Source: Sterolibacterium sp. (lineage in GTDB: Bacteria > Pseudomonadota > Gammaproteobacteria > Burkholderiales > Rhodocyclaceae). Taken from it: a stretch of 64,000 nt of DNA. The notes below the pieces were generated by a model, which saw only the letters and a list, made by a program, of their open reading frames with translations, made no database searches and was not told the DNA's origin. Positions within the stretch are counted from its first letter, which is position 1. Each line of letters starts with the position of its first letter. Made by a program: the position numbers and the translations under genes. Shown piece by piece: positions 44,072 to 56,226 of this stretch. The stretch spans positions 681-64,680 of the forward strand of contig JBAYVU010000015.1 of assembly GCA_041674385.1 (NCBI GenBank), in the 5' to 3' direction.

Positions 44072-44730
44072 ATGCAGCTTAGTTGCCGCGCCCAGGACTG
44101 GTTGCAATGGATGCTAATTACTAGCGTCCCACTACGTCACCTTGATGAAGATGGCCGGCCATTGGGAATCGCATCAGGGTGTTTGGTTATTTGCAGAGGT
44201 CGGAAATTCGTGCTATCAGCCTGCCATGCCGTGCAACCGGATTCGAAGGGCTGGGCGATCGAGCTTGATCACGACTCTCGCAAAGGTACCGAGATGTACT
44301 GGCCGAAGAGCTTCCTGTACATGGTAGAAATGCAGAAGGGTTCCGGTGTTCTAGACTATGTGGATTTCTGTTTCGCTGAAGTTGCAGCAGACTTGCAGCC
44401 GATCTACGCTAACAAAACGCCTTTTTCTATTTCCGATGTGCGACCGCGGCATATTTTTGACGTCGAAGACTTCGCCGAACCGACTGCAGCCGGGGTATTT
44501 GCGTTCTCAGGTCAAGTGAAGCCCGAAATGCACGGGCTCGAAGCCATGCCACTGAAATGAACGTTTACCCGGGGCTGCGGTATGTTCGAACCGAGGGGCC
44601 AAATCACTTTTTTCAGCTGCCCGTCGATCATCCGGGGCATGAATCGTTTAGAGGGTGTAGCAGTGCGCCCATCGTTGACATGGATCGACTTGGACAAGAA
44701 AAAGGCCACCGGGTAAGGGTGGCCTTTTAG
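44072..44730 (+). pseudogene. trypsin-like (S1-fold) serine peptidase gene, apparently frameshifted
   Basis: His-like SACHAV and Asp-like DYVDFCFAEV lie in one frame, which stops at 44560. GCSSAPIVD (Ser-motif-like) lies in the -1 frame and continues to TAG at 44730. The span (659 nt) is not a multiple of 3. Confidence 0.45.
44701..44727. terminator. rho-independent terminator after tRNA-Ala, shared with the peptidase remnant
   Basis: AAAGGCCACC-gggtaag-GGTGGCCTTT. On the minus strand a TTTTTCTT run follows the hairpin. Confidence 0.7.
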
Positions 44731-44735
44731 TTGAA

Positions 44736-44811
44736 TGGTGGAGACGGGGAGGATCGAACTCCCGACCTATTGATTGCGAACCAATCGCTCTCCCAGCTGA
44801 GCTACGTCCCC
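44736..44811 (-). tRNA. tRNA-Ala (anticodon CGC)
   Basis: 76-nt cloverleaf read by hand. Acceptor GGGGACG pairs with CGTCTCC and carries the G3:U70 alanine identity pair. Anticodon loop TT-CGC-AA, T-loop GGTTCGATCC region, encoded CCA. Confidence 0.9.
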
Positions 44812-44876
44812 ACAATGCCGCTATTTTACAGATGATCTGCGCGGAGGGGAAGCCCGAAGGTGCTGGCAACACTGGC

Positions 44877-46085
44877 TCATTGGGTGACCCGATCTATGTT
44901 CAGCTTGACATCCTTGGCGCCCAACTTCAGCTTACCGCTTTCGCCCACGAGATCGCCCGGCTGTCGGACGGCTTGTCCCGACTTCGACACGCGCGCATCG
45001 AGAACGACTTCGGTGGCGGCCGAGAGCTTCAGGTCGGGATTGATCGACATTGAGTCGTCGAGAGTAAAACGCAGCGGCAGGTCGCTGGCACGTGCGCGCA
45101 ACAGTGCCAGCGGCATACGCGAACCTTCTGCCGGCCGGGCATAGACAAAGAGTGTGTCGCCGGGTTGAACCTTGCTGGCCAGTGCCGGTGCCAGCGTCAC
45201 ATTGCCGCTGATGGTTTTGAGCCGGCTGGCCTTATCGGTTTTTCCCGTAGCGGGTTTGCCGCCGCTCTTGGCGCGAATCTCGTCAAGAGTGGCGGTAAGC
45301 GTCTTGGCATCTTCGGATTCCGGAGGCAGTTTGTTGAGCAACTGCTCCCAGTAACGGATCGCCTCGGGAAAATCCTGGCGATTGTATGCGGCGGTCCCTG
45401 CCAATGCCAAGGCCATGGGGAGGTTGGGATCAAGTTTAAGTGCGGCTTGCACCAACTCCAGCGGTTTGCCTTCGAGATCGCCGGTGCGTACCGCGATCAG
45501 GTCGGCATATTCGCAGAGCAGCTGCGGATCGCTGTTGACCAGGTCACCGGCACGCTGAAAGGCTTTTTCGGCATCTTCAAAACGTTGTATGGCTTTGTAG
45601 GAGCGCGCCAACATGACCCATCCCTGCGGGTTGTTGGGCTCCTTTTCCAGGCGTGCAGCCAGTTTCGCGACCATCTCTTCCATCTGTCCGGACGAAACGC
45701 CATGTTGCGTGCGTGCGCCCTGCATGGCTGCCGGGTTACCCAGCCACGCATACAGCAAGCCTGCCGCCAGCGGCAATAACAACACCAGCGCCAGCGCAGT
45801 GCGCTTGGCCGGGGAGGCCGCGGCAGGTAAGACATCGGCGACCGCGGCGTCCTGCAGCAGGCGCCGCTGCAATTCCGCGCGCGCCTGTTCGCAATCAGCG
45901 TCGGCGAGGGTGCCGTTGATGCGATCGATCTCCAGTTCGGCCAGTTGGTCGCGGTAAATGGCGGTGTTGAGCGCTTGACGCGAAGCGGTCGGTGCCGGCG
46001 CCGACCGCCACAGCAGCGGTCGCAGCAACCAGGCCAGTGCCAGCAGCGCCAGCAGCGCGGCGGCTGAAAGGAAGGTAATACTCAT
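44877..46085 (-). CDS. ccmI: cytochrome c-type biogenesis protein CcmI (TPR)
   Basis: N-terminal TM helices, TPR repeats, and its position at the end of the ccm operon. Confidence 0.8.
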   Translation of the reverse strand: MSITFLSAAALLALLALAWLLRPLLWRSAPAPTASRQALNTAIYRDQLAELEIDRINGTLADADCEQARAELQRRLLQDAAVADVLPAAASPAKRTALALVLLLPLAAGLLYAWLGNPAAMQGARTQHGVSSGQMEEMVAKLAARLEKEPNNPQGWVMLARSYKAIQRFEDAEKAFQRAGDLVNSDPQLLCEYADLIAVRTGDLEGKPLELVQAALKLDPNLPMALALAGTAAYNRQDFPEAIRYWEQLLNKLPPESEDAKTLTATLDEIRAKSGGKPATGKTDKASRLKTISGNVTLAPALASKVQPGDTLFVYARPAEGSRMPLALLRARASDLPLRFTLDDSMSINPDLKLSAATEVVLDARVSKSGQAVRQPGDLVGESGKLKLGAKDVKLNIDRVTQ

Positions 46086-46564
46086 TGCTTGCTCTCGCTC
46101 TCGTTCAATTTCATCAAATCCTCGGCTTTCCGACGCTCTTCGGCGGAAAGCATGTCCTCCGAAGATTCCTCGATGCGTCCGCCACGCCGCCGCAAATAAA
46201 CCACCAGCGCGATGATGGCACCCGCCAGCAACAGGAAAGGCCCAAACCAGAGCAGGTAGGTGGAGGCTTTAATCGGCGGACGGTAGCGGACGAAGTCGCC
46301 GTAACGGCTGACCATGAAATCCATGATTTCCTGGTCGCTCTTGCCCTGCTTGATGAGCGAGCGGATCTCGCGGCGCAAATCCTGCGCCAGCTCCGCGTGC
46401 GAGCTGGATAGCGACTCGTTCTGGCAGACCAGGCAGCGCATTTCGTCGGAAATGTATACCAGGCGTTTTTCCACGGCCTCATCTTCCGCCAGGGGGGTGG
46501 CTTCCTTGGCGGAAGCCAGGCCGCATAGCAACGCCAGCGACAGTAGTATCAATAGGCGTTTCAT
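46082..46564 (-). CDS. ccmH: cytochrome c-type biogenesis protein CcmH
   Basis: Motif LRCLVCQNESL is present. Confidence 0.9.
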   Translation of the reverse strand: MKRLLILLSLALLCGLASAKEATPLAEDEAVEKRLVYISDEMRCLVCQNESLSSSHAELAQDLRREIRSLIKQGKSDQEIMDFMVSRYGDFVRYRPPIKASTYLLWFGPFLLLAGAIIALVVYLRRRGGRIEESSEDMLSAEERRKAEDLMKLNESESKQ

Positions 46565-47151
46565 GATTTCTCAAGTTCCTTGATCTTCGGCAGGATGATT
46601 TTGTCGAGCGTCTCGCGCGTCACCGGACCGATCTGCTTGTAGCGGATGATTCCGGCCTTGTCGATGAGGTAGGTTTCCGGCACGCCATAGACGCCGTAAT
46701 CGATGCCGACACGGCCGTCCATATCCAGCGCCGAGAGCGTATAGGGATTGCCGTGCCGGGCAAGCCACGCGGTGGCACGTTGCCGCGTGAGTCGCAATTC
46801 ATCGGCCGGCGACATTTTGCTGACATCGGTTTCGTTGTCGCCGCGTACTTCCTTGTAGCTGAGGCCGACAATAGGCAGGTCGCCGGCCTGTTTGGAGAAG
46901 GAAACCAGCAAAGGATGCTCTGCGCGACAGGAAACGCACCAGGAGGCCCAGACGTTCAGCAGCCATACCTTGCCCAGCATGTCCTTGGGCGAGAAGGTCT
47001 TGCCGCTGTCGTCGAGTTGTTGCAGTTGAAACAGCGGTGCCGGCTTATCCACCAGCGGCGAGGGCACTTCACGCGGATCGAGTCTCAGCCCCACGGCGAG
47101 AAAGCCCACCAGCACAAAGAACAATCCCAGCGGGATCAGGAAGCGCTTCAT
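46561..47151 (-). CDS. ccmG: thiol:disulfide interchange protein DsbE/CcmG
   Basis: Redox motif WASWCVSC is present. ATG at 47151 overlaps the ccmF TGA. Confidence 0.9.
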   Translation of the reverse strand: MKRFLIPLGLFFVLVGFLAVGLRLDPREVPSPLVDKPAPLFQLQQLDDSGKTFSPKDMLGKVWLLNVWASWCVSCRAEHPLLVSFSKQAGDLPIVGLSYKEVRGDNETDVSKMSPADELRLTRQRATAWLARHGNPYTLSALDMDGRVGIDYGVYGVPETYLIDKAGIIRYKQIGPVTRETLDKIILPKIKELEKS

Positions 47152-49118
47152 GTCGATGCTCCTTGCATTGCGCCCGAGGCGGCAGCAGCTGTGGAAACCT
47201 TGGATTTGATGCGATAGCGCCGGTCGCTGGCAGCCACCAGACCGCCCAGCGCCATCAGCAGACAGCCAGCCCAGATCCAGGTGACGAACGGTTTGTGATG
47301 CACCCGCACGCTCCATGCGCCGCTGCCGTCTGTTATCCCGACCGGCTCGCCCAGCGAGACATACATGTCGCGCGTCAGGCCGGTATCGATGGCGGCCTCG
47401 GTCATCGGCATGGCCGAGGAAAAATAGTTGCGTTTTTCCGGATGCAGCGTGCGCAGCAGCTTGCCGTCCTGGGAGAGTTCCAGATCGCCCACCGAGGCGC
47501 GGTAGTTCGGCCCTGCCGCCTGCCTTATGCCGAGCAGGCGTACGGTGTAACCGCCGATTTCGACGGTGTCCCCCGGCGCCATGCGCACATCCTTTTCGGT
47601 TTCATAGCCCTTCACCAGGGTAACGCCGATGACGAACAGCGCGATGCCGAGGTGCGCCAGTTGCATGCCCCAGAAGGAGCGCGGCGGCATGCCGGTATGC
47701 CGGATGCGATCGCGAAATTGCACCGCGGCACTGGCCACAATCCAGACCGCGAGCAACATGCCCAGGCCGACCAGCGGCGTCCAGCTGCCGAAAACGAATG
47801 GCAGGCCGATCCCGGCGGCCACGGCGATAGCAAAGGCGATCCGCAGGCGCACCGCGATGTCGTTGGCACTGGCATGCTTCCAGCGCGCAGTCGGGCCGAC
47901 CGCTATCAGGAACAGCAGCGGCGCCATGAGCGGCACGAAGACCGCATGAAAATACGGCGGCCCGACCGAGAGCTTGCCCAGGCCGAGCGCATCGATGATC
48001 AGCGGGTAGAGCGTGCCGAGCAGCACCGAGCCGCAGGCTACCACCAGCAGGACGTTGTTTACCAGCAGCAGGGTTTCCCGCGACATCAGCTCGAAGCGGC
48101 CGCCCAGGCCAACTTTCGGCGCGCGCCAGGCAAACAGCATCAGCGAGGCGCCGATCACCACGACCAGGAAAATCAGGATGAATATGCCGCGACGCGGGTC
48201 GGTGGCGAACGCATGGACCGAGGTCAGCACGCCGGAGCGCACCAGGAAGGTGCCCAGCAAGGACAGCGAGAAAGCGCCGATGGCCAGCAGCACGGTCCAG
48301 TTCTTGAATGCACCACGTTTCTCGGTCACCGCCAGCGAATGAATCAGCGCCGTGCCGAACAGCCAAGGCATGAAGGAAGCATTTTCCACCGGATCCCAGA
48401 ACCACCAGCCGCCCCAGCCCAGCGTGTAGTAAGCCCAGCCGCTGCCAAGGGCGATGCCGAGCGTCAGGAAAATCCAGGCAGACAGCGTCCATGGCCGCGA
48501 CCAGCGCGCCCAGGCGGCATCAAGACTGCCCGACAACAGCGCGGCGATGGCGAATGCGAAAGCCACAGAGAAACCGACGTAGCCCATGTACAGCATCGGC
48601 GGGTGAATCACCAGGCCCGGATCCTGCAGCAGCGGGTTCAGGTCGTGACCATCCCGGGGAATATCCAGCAGGCGCTCGAATGGACTGGAGGTGAGCAGGA
48701 TGAACAACAACATGCCGCAGGAGACCAGACCTAGTACGCCGACCACGCGCGCCACCATGGCTTCCGGCAAGGCGCGGGAGAGCAGCGAAACCGCCAGCGA
48801 CCAGCTCGCCAGCAACAATACCCACAGCAGCAGCGAACCTTCGTGCCCGCCCCACACGGCGGCGACGCGATATACCGTCGGCAACTGCGAATTGGAATGC
48901 TCGGCGACATACTTCACCGAGAAATCATTGGCGACGAACGAGTAAGTCAGGCAACCGAAGGCAACCAGCAACATCAGCCATTGCGCCTGCGCTGCGGGGC
49001 GGCCCAGCGCCATCCAGGCGGCATCATTGCGATGGGCGCCGATCAGCGGCAGCACGCCTTGCACGACAGCCACCAGCAGGGCGAGGATGATGGCGAAATG
49101 TCCGAGTTCGGGAATCAT
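47148..49118 (-). CDS. ccmF: heme lyase CcmF
   Basis: WWD motif WGGWWFWDPVEN is present. 656-aa polytopic protein. Confidence 0.95.
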   Translation of the reverse strand: MIPELGHFAIILALLVAVVQGVLPLIGAHRNDAAWMALGRPAAQAQWLMLLVAFGCLTYSFVANDFSVKYVAEHSNSQLPTVYRVAAVWGGHEGSLLLWVLLLASWSLAVSLLSRALPEAMVARVVGVLGLVSCGMLLFILLTSSPFERLLDIPRDGHDLNPLLQDPGLVIHPPMLYMGYVGFSVAFAFAIAALLSGSLDAAWARWSRPWTLSAWIFLTLGIALGSGWAYYTLGWGGWWFWDPVENASFMPWLFGTALIHSLAVTEKRGAFKNWTVLLAIGAFSLSLLGTFLVRSGVLTSVHAFATDPRRGIFILIFLVVVIGASLMLFAWRAPKVGLGGRFELMSRETLLLVNNVLLVVACGSVLLGTLYPLIIDALGLGKLSVGPPYFHAVFVPLMAPLLFLIAVGPTARWKHASANDIAVRLRIAFAIAVAAGIGLPFVFGSWTPLVGLGMLLAVWIVASAAVQFRDRIRHTGMPPRSFWGMQLAHLGIALFVIGVTLVKGYETEKDVRMAPGDTVEIGGYTVRLLGIRQAAGPNYRASVGDLELSQDGKLLRTLHPEKRNYFSSAMPMTEAAIDTGLTRDMYVSLGEPVGITDGSGAWSVRVHHKPFVTWIWAGCLLMALGGLVAASDRRYRIKSKVSTAAAASGAMQGAST

Positions 49119-49128
49119 GGTTATCTCA

Positions 49129-49566
49129 TTATTTTAAAGTTTTGGCGGTTTTGCCCGCCTGGTCGACGGCATGCTTGGCCTCCGGCGGCATGTAGTTCTC
49201 ATCATGCTTGGCCAGTACTTCGCTGGCGACGAATTGGCCGTCCGAGCCGAGTTTGCCCTGCGCCACGACGCCTTTGCCTTCCTTGAACAGGTCGGGAAGA
49301 ATGCCGGTATATGCCACCGGAATCTCCTTGGCGGTGTCGGTGACGATAAAGCGGATGGTCATGTCGTTTCTTTGCAGCGTGCCGTCCTTGACCAGTCCGC
49401 CGATGCGGAAAACCCGCTCTTTCGGCGCTTCGCCGGCGGCGACCTGGGTCGGCGTATAGAACAGCGCGATATTGCTGTTGAGTGCGTTCAGCACGAAGAA
49501 TGCCGCAACACCGAGCGAAGCAAGACCGCCAACGATAATGGCGATGCGTTTGTGGCGAGGTTTCAT
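49129..49566 (-). CDS. ccmE: heme chaperone CcmE
   Basis: Motif [13 protein letters not shown] carries the heme-binding His. Confidence 0.95.
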   Translation of the reverse strand: MKPRHKRIAIIVGGLASLGVAAFFVLNALNSNIALFYTPTQVAAGEAPKERVFRIGGLVKDGTLQRNDMTIRFIVTDTAKEIPVAYTGILPDLFKEGKGVVAQGKLGSDGQFVASEVLAKHDENYMPPEAKHAVDQAGKTAKTLK

Positions 49567-49624
49567 TGTGAGGATTCCTTGATGAGACGGGGACGCGTTT
49601 TCTCGAAATGGGTCGGCAGATGCA

Positions 49625-49813
49625 TCAATCGGTCTTTTTTTGGCTTTCGTCGGCGCGCCGTTCGCGGCGCAGGATGTTTGCGACTTCGTTTTGACGCTTC
49701 CTCAATAGCAAAGGTTCAATCAGCAGCGCCAACGCGGTGACGCCGAAACTGCCCCACACGTAAAAGCCATAGCCGCCCATGGTGAAGAATTCGCCGACAC
49801 TATTCCACTGCAT
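49625..49813 (-). CDS. ccmD: heme exporter protein CcmD
   Basis: 62 aa with [14 protein letters not shown]. Confidence 0.8.
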   Translation of the reverse strand: MQWNSVGEFFTMGGYGFYVWGSFGVTALALLIEPLLLRKRQNEVANILRRERRADESQKKTD

Positions 49814-50540
49814 ATTTCACCCAATCGGTATGCATTTCACGTTCAAGCATGATGGCGCGGGCGCGCTGCAACGCCACGGCGATCGAATACATCCAGAAAG
49901 CCAAGGCCATCAGCAACATGCCCCAGAGCATCGTCACCGCCATCGTCGGCGCCTTGTTCATCGAGATCGAGGCACCCTGGTGCAGGGTATTCCACCACTT
50001 CACCGAGAAGTAGATGATCGGCACATTCACTACGCCAACCAGGGCCAGGATGGCACCCGACTTGTCGGCGCGGCGCGGTTCGTCGATGGCCGCCTGCAGC
50101 GCCATGAAGCCGAGGTACAGGAACAGCAGTATCAGTTCCGAAGTCAGCCGCGCATCCCACACCCACCATGTTCCCCACATCGGCTTGCCCCACAAGGAGC
50201 CGGTCCATAACGAGAGAAAGGCAAACAATGCGCCGGTCGGGGCGATGGAACTGGCCATCATCGACGACAAGCGGGTGTTCAACGACAGGCCGATCCCAGC
50301 CCAAAAAGCCATCACGATGTACAGGAACATCGACATCCACGATGCGGGCACATGGATGAAAATGATGCGATAGGCCTCTCCTTGCGTCGCATCGGTCGGC
50401 GCGACGAAGAAACCCACCCACAACCCGGCTATGCAAAAGATCGCCGCCAGTGCCCAGAACCAAGGAATCATTTTCCCGGCCAAAGGGTAAAAGGTCTGCG
50501 GCGAACCGTATTTGAACCAATGAATGATTTTATTTTCCAT
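49800..50540 (-). CDS. ccmC: heme exporter protein CcmC
   Basis: Motif WGTWWVWDARLTS is present. Confidence 0.95.
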   Translation of the reverse strand: MENKIIHWFKYGSPQTFYPLAGKMIPWFWALAAIFCIAGLWVGFFVAPTDATQGEAYRIIFIHVPASWMSMFLYIVMAFWAGIGLSLNTRLSSMMASSIAPTGALFAFLSLWTGSLWGKPMWGTWWVWDARLTSELILLFLYLGFMALQAAIDEPRRADKSGAILALVGVVNVPIIYFSVKWWNTLHQGASISMNKAPTMAVTMLWGMLLMALAFWMYSIAVALQRARAIMLEREMHTDWVKYAVE

Positions 50541-50557
50541 GATGGCCTATGCGATAT

Positions 50558-51277
50558 TCATTCGAGAGCGATTCGCAATGCTGCCGTGGTCGCCCACGGT
50601 GCGAAAAAGCAAGCCAGCGCCAGCAACGCCGCCAGCAGCGACAGATGGCCGGACGCGCCAAGGCCCGAGATGTCGGCCTCAACCGCACCGGCGCCGAAGA
50701 TCAAGGCCGGAATATACAACGGCAAGGTCAGCAGCGAAAGCAATACCCCACCCCCGCGCACCCCCAACGTCAGTGCCGCGCCGATGGCCCCGATCAAACT
50801 CAACAGCGGTGTTCCGACCAGCAGCGACAGGATCAGCACAGCCAGCGCACGCCCTGACAGATCGTATTGCAATCCGAGTACCGGCGCGATCAGCACCAGC
50901 GGAAGACCCGTGACCAGCCAGTGAGCCACGATTTTGCCGATCACCAGCAGGCCCAGCGGCGCCGGCGAGAGCACCATCTGTTCCAATGTGCCATCGGCTT
51001 GATCGCCGGCAAACAGCCGGTTCAACGACAGCATGGTCGCCAGCAAGGCTGCCACCCACAGTACGCCGGGCGCAATGATGCGCAGCAAGTTCATTTCCGG
51101 GCCGATCCCGAGGGGAAACAGGCTGACGACGATCACAAAGAAGAACAACGCGGTCATCACTTCGCTCTTCCGGCGTAACGCCAGGAGCAAGTCGCGCCGC
51201 ACCACTGCCGCAAGCACGCCGAAAGTGCCGATATCTTCCGAAGGGCCTGCCCCATTCATTGCAGCCGTGTTCTTCAT
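50558..51277 (-). CDS. ccmB: heme exporter permease CcmB
   Basis: Polytopic protein. ATGA overlap with ccmA. Confidence 0.9.
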   Translation of the reverse strand: MKNTAAMNGAGPSEDIGTFGVLAAVVRRDLLLALRRKSEVMTALFFFVIVVSLFPLGIGPEMNLLRIIAPGVLWVAALLATMLSLNRLFAGDQADGTLEQMVLSPAPLGLLVIGKIVAHWLVTGLPLVLIAPVLGLQYDLSGRALAVLILSLLVGTPLLSLIGAIGAALTLGVRGGGVLLSLLTLPLYIPALIFGAGAVEADISGLGASGHLSLLAALLALACFFAPWATTAALRIALE

Positions 51278-51891
51278 GAAGCGATTCTCAGGGTTTGCGC
51301 AATGCCACTGTTGATGGCGACTTCCTGGTGGCTGGTCAATACCGCCATCCCCCCGTGACTCAAGTGGGTGCCGATAATGTCGGCCAGCCAGGCGACTGCT
51401 GCGGTGTCGAGGGCGACAAAGGGCTCATCCAGCACCCACAGCGGCGCAGTGCTCCACAGCAAGCGCGATAGCGCCACACGCCGCTTCTGTCCTTGCGACA
51501 AGAAGCGCACCGGCAGATCCTCGCGTCCCGACAAGCCGACCTTGCCCAGCAATTCGGTGCCCTCGGCGTGATCCACGGCGACTCCGGCCAGCGCGGCGGC
51601 GGTACGCAGATTTTCCAGGGCGGTGAGTTCTTCCTTGATCGCGTTGTGATGTCCGAGGTAGAGCACCGACTTGCGGTACTCGTCGCCGAGATGCTTGACG
51701 GGTTCGTTTTGCCAGCGGATTTCGCCTGTTTCCGATGGCGACAAGCCGCACAGTATGCGCAGCAAGCTGGTCTTGCCGGAGCCGTTTTCGCCGGTCACGT
51801 GCAAGCGCCCGCCTGGCTCAAGCGTGAAGCCGAGATTGGCAAAAAGACGGCGGTCGCCGCGAACGCAGGCGAGATTGATGGCAGTCAGCAT
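51274..51891 (-). CDS. ccmA: heme exporter ATPase CcmA
   Basis: Walker A GENGSGKTS, signature LSQGQKRRV and Walker B LWVLDEP are present. Confidence 0.9.
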   Translation of the reverse strand: MLTAINLACVRGDRRLFANLGFTLEPGGRLHVTGENGSGKTSLLRILCGLSPSETGEIRWQNEPVKHLGDEYRKSVLYLGHHNAIKEELTALENLRTAAALAGVAVDHAEGTELLGKVGLSGREDLPVRFLSQGQKRRVALSRLLWSTAPLWVLDEPFVALDTAAVAWLADIIGTHLSHGGMAVLTSHQEVAINSGIAQTLRIAS

Positions 51892-51987
51892 ATTCGGGAC
51901 AGGTTGGCGCGGGCGGAATTGTGCCTGATAACAAGTGCTCGTGGGTTAATTCCGGTCAACATTCTGCGATCAGCGAAATTGTGATCG

Positions 51988-52013
51988 AAAAAAAAGCCCG
52001 CACTCGGCGGGCT
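51988..52013 (-). terminator. rho-independent terminator downstream of the LysR gene
   Basis: The minus strand reads AGCCCGCCGAGTGCGGGCT followed by a T8 run. Confidence 0.6.
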
Positions 52014-52149
52014 TAAATCCAGTTCCATCTTAGGAGGAGAAGCTGGAGGAGACAGAGCGAACTATACAGAGAATGCCGCATCGCAACAAACGAGATATTA
52101 TTACGCGTTAGGTTAGAAAAACTTAATCATAGGCTTGCTTGTCCTGTCT

Positions 52150-53103
52150 CTATCTGTTGGAATGTACATCAAGAGCTTCTTTCAGTAGCCATTCACGGAA
52201 TACTTTTACTTTCGGATAGTCGGCAACGGATTCTGAAACCACCAAGTAATAAGCCGTATCAGTTTCCAACACGAGATCAAAAGGCGCGACCAGCCTGCCT
52301 GCCGCCAGATCGTAAGCCGCCATCTCCTTTGTGCCAAGGACTACGCCCATGCCATCGACGGCAGCCTCGAGCCCGAGTATCGGATGGTTGAAATGGGGGC
52401 CGCGGCTGGAATCCACATTATCCACCCCGGCGGCCTGCAACCATTTTGCCCAGTTTGGCCGTCTCACGCTGGCTTCGGGTATGTCGTCATGCAGCAGCAG
52501 GTGATAGCGAAGGTCTGAGGGCTTTTTCAACGGGCGCAATCCTTCCAGCAAGCTTGGACTGCAAAGCGGCGTATAGGAAACGGTGAACAACTTGTTGACT
52601 CGACACCCCGGATAATTGCCCGAGCCAAAGTGGATATCGATATCGAAGTCTCCGGCCCTGTAGTGCTCGTCGGGAGAGCCGAGATCCTGCTGGTGCTCAT
52701 CCACCAGCCGCATACTGGCAATAATCCGGATGTCTATGTCGGGATGGGCCGTGACGAAACGATGCAGCCTGGGCATCAGCCATTTCGAGGCAAATGAGGG
52801 CGGCACATTCACGGAAATGACCGCGGTTTTTTCGTGGGTGCGAACCTTATTGACGGCTTGCACCATAGTTTCGAAGGCTTCGCTGAGCTTGGGCAGGAAG
52901 CTGCTCCCGACCTCGGTCAATTCAACGGCGCGGGTTAGCCGCCGGAACAACTGAATCCCGAGTTGGTCTTCCAATAGTTTGATCTGATGACTGATCGCCG
53001 CGGGAGTCACGTGCAGTTCTTCAGCCGCTTTGCGAAAACTGAGATGCCGGGCAGCGGACTCAAAGGCGCGTAGCGCGTTCAGCGGCGGCAAGCGTTGGCT
53101 CAC
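52150..53103 (-). CDS. LysR-family regulator, GcvA-like
   Basis: N-terminus LPPLNALRAFESAARHLSFRKAAEELHVTPAAISHQIKLLE. The gene is visibly more AT-rich than its flanks. Confidence 0.8.
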   Translation of the reverse strand: MSQRLPPLNALRAFESAARHLSFRKAAEELHVTPAAISHQIKLLEDQLGIQLFRRLTRAVELTEVGSSFLPKLSEAFETMVQAVNKVRTHEKTAVISVNVPPSFASKWLMPRLHRFVTAHPDIDIRIIASMRLVDEHQQDLGSPDEHYRAGDFDIDIHFGSGNYPGCRVNKLFTVSYTPLCSPSLLEGLRPLKKPSDLRYHLLLHDDIPEASVRRPNWAKWLQAAGVDNVDSSRGPHFNHPILGLEAAVDGMGVVLGTKEMAAYDLAAGRLVAPFDLVLETDTAYYLVVSESVADYPKVKVFREWLLKEALDVHSNR

Positions 53104-53222
53104 TAATGCATTACCGGAATGGATTATTAAAACTATACAGCGCTAGACAGCGGATGGCGCGGTTTGAAGTCAATACCCGAGTAACAAATTCTGGTACTAG
53201 TGTCCCACTTCAGATTCAGGGG

Positions 53223-55398
<2,176 letters not shown>

Positions 55399-55474
55399 CT
55401 ATCGCCATGATAGGGCTTTGCGCAGAAAAAAGCAGTTTGCCGAATGGTCGCTAGTTGCTAATTGCTGGTTGTGG

Positions 55475-55735
55475 CTAGGCGGCGGGAACGATGCTGACGG
55501 TCTTGCGCTTCTCCGCACCTTTCGTGGTGAACTGCACAGCGCCACCGACTTTGGCGAACAGTGTGTGGTCCTTGCCAAGGCCGACGTTGTCGCCCGGATG
55601 AAACACCGTGCCGCGTTGACGCACGATGATGCTGCCGGCGGAAACCGCCTCGCCGCCAAAGCGCTTGACACCGAGACGCTTCGATTGGGAATCGCGGCCG
55701 TTACGGGAACTGCCGCCTGCTTTTTTGTGTGCCAT
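55475..55735 (-). CDS. rpmA: 50S ribosomal protein L27
   Basis: N-terminus [24 protein letters not shown]. Confidence 0.95.
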   Translation of the reverse strand: MAHKKAGGSSRNGRDSQSKRLGVKRFGGEAVSAGSIIVRQRGTVFHPGDNVGLGKDHTLFAKVGGAVQFTTKGAEKRKTVSIVPAA

Positions 55736-55775
55736 GATTCAGTTTCCTTTTCGTCAATCCGTCAATCCCGAGGAC

Positions 55776-56087
55776 TCAAGCAGCGATGTTGCTGATCTCG
55801 ATTTCGGTGTAGTTCTGGCGATGCCCCTGGTGTTTCTGGTAATGCTTGCGCCGGCGCATCTTGAAGATCTTGACCTTCGGCCCGCGGCCATGTGCGATCA
55901 CCTTGGCGGTGACTGAAGCGCCAGCGAGGATCGGCGTACCGATCTTGACTGTTTCTCCTTCACCCACCATCAGCACCTGGTCGAGGGTAATTTCTGCGCC
56001 CACATCTGCCGGTATCTGTTCTACTTTGATTTTTTCGCCGGCTGCAACACGATACTGTTTGCCGCCGGTTTTTATGACCGCATACAT
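55776..56087 (-). CDS. rplU: 50S ribosomal protein L21
   Basis: N-terminus [17 protein letters not shown] at 56087 was verified. Confidence 0.95.
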   Translation of the reverse strand: MYAVIKTGGKQYRVAAGEKIKVEQIPADVGAEITLDQVLMVGEGETVKIGTPILAGASVTAKVIAHGRGPKVKIFKMRRRKHYQKHQGHRQNYTEIEISNIAA

Positions 56088-56126
56088 GAAGGACTCCACT
56101 TAAAATAATATTGCAAAGAACCGCGC

Positions 56127-56155
56127 ATTGTACAGGGACTGGTCATTCAGGTCAA
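56127..56155 (-). promoter_or_regulatory. candidate sigma70 promoter of rplU-rpmA-obg-proB
   Basis: On the minus strand: TTGACC, 17-nt spacer, TACAAT. Confidence 0.5.
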
Positions 56156-56171
56156 AAACATTTTGTTTGGC

Positions 56172-56200
56172 TTGACGCAGTCAGAGGTGCCGCCTAACAT
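56172..56200 (+). promoter_or_regulatory. candidate sigma70 promoter of ispB
   Basis: TTGACG, 17-nt spacer, TAACAT. It ends 26 nt before the TTG start. Confidence 0.4.
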
Positions 56201-56226
56201 CGCGCCTTTCATTCGACCCTTTCCCC

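Noticed and set aside
47037-48734. 565-aa plus-strand ORF
   Set aside because: It is antisense to ccmF, which carries the WWD motif. The composition is low-complexity and Arg/Gln/His-rich.
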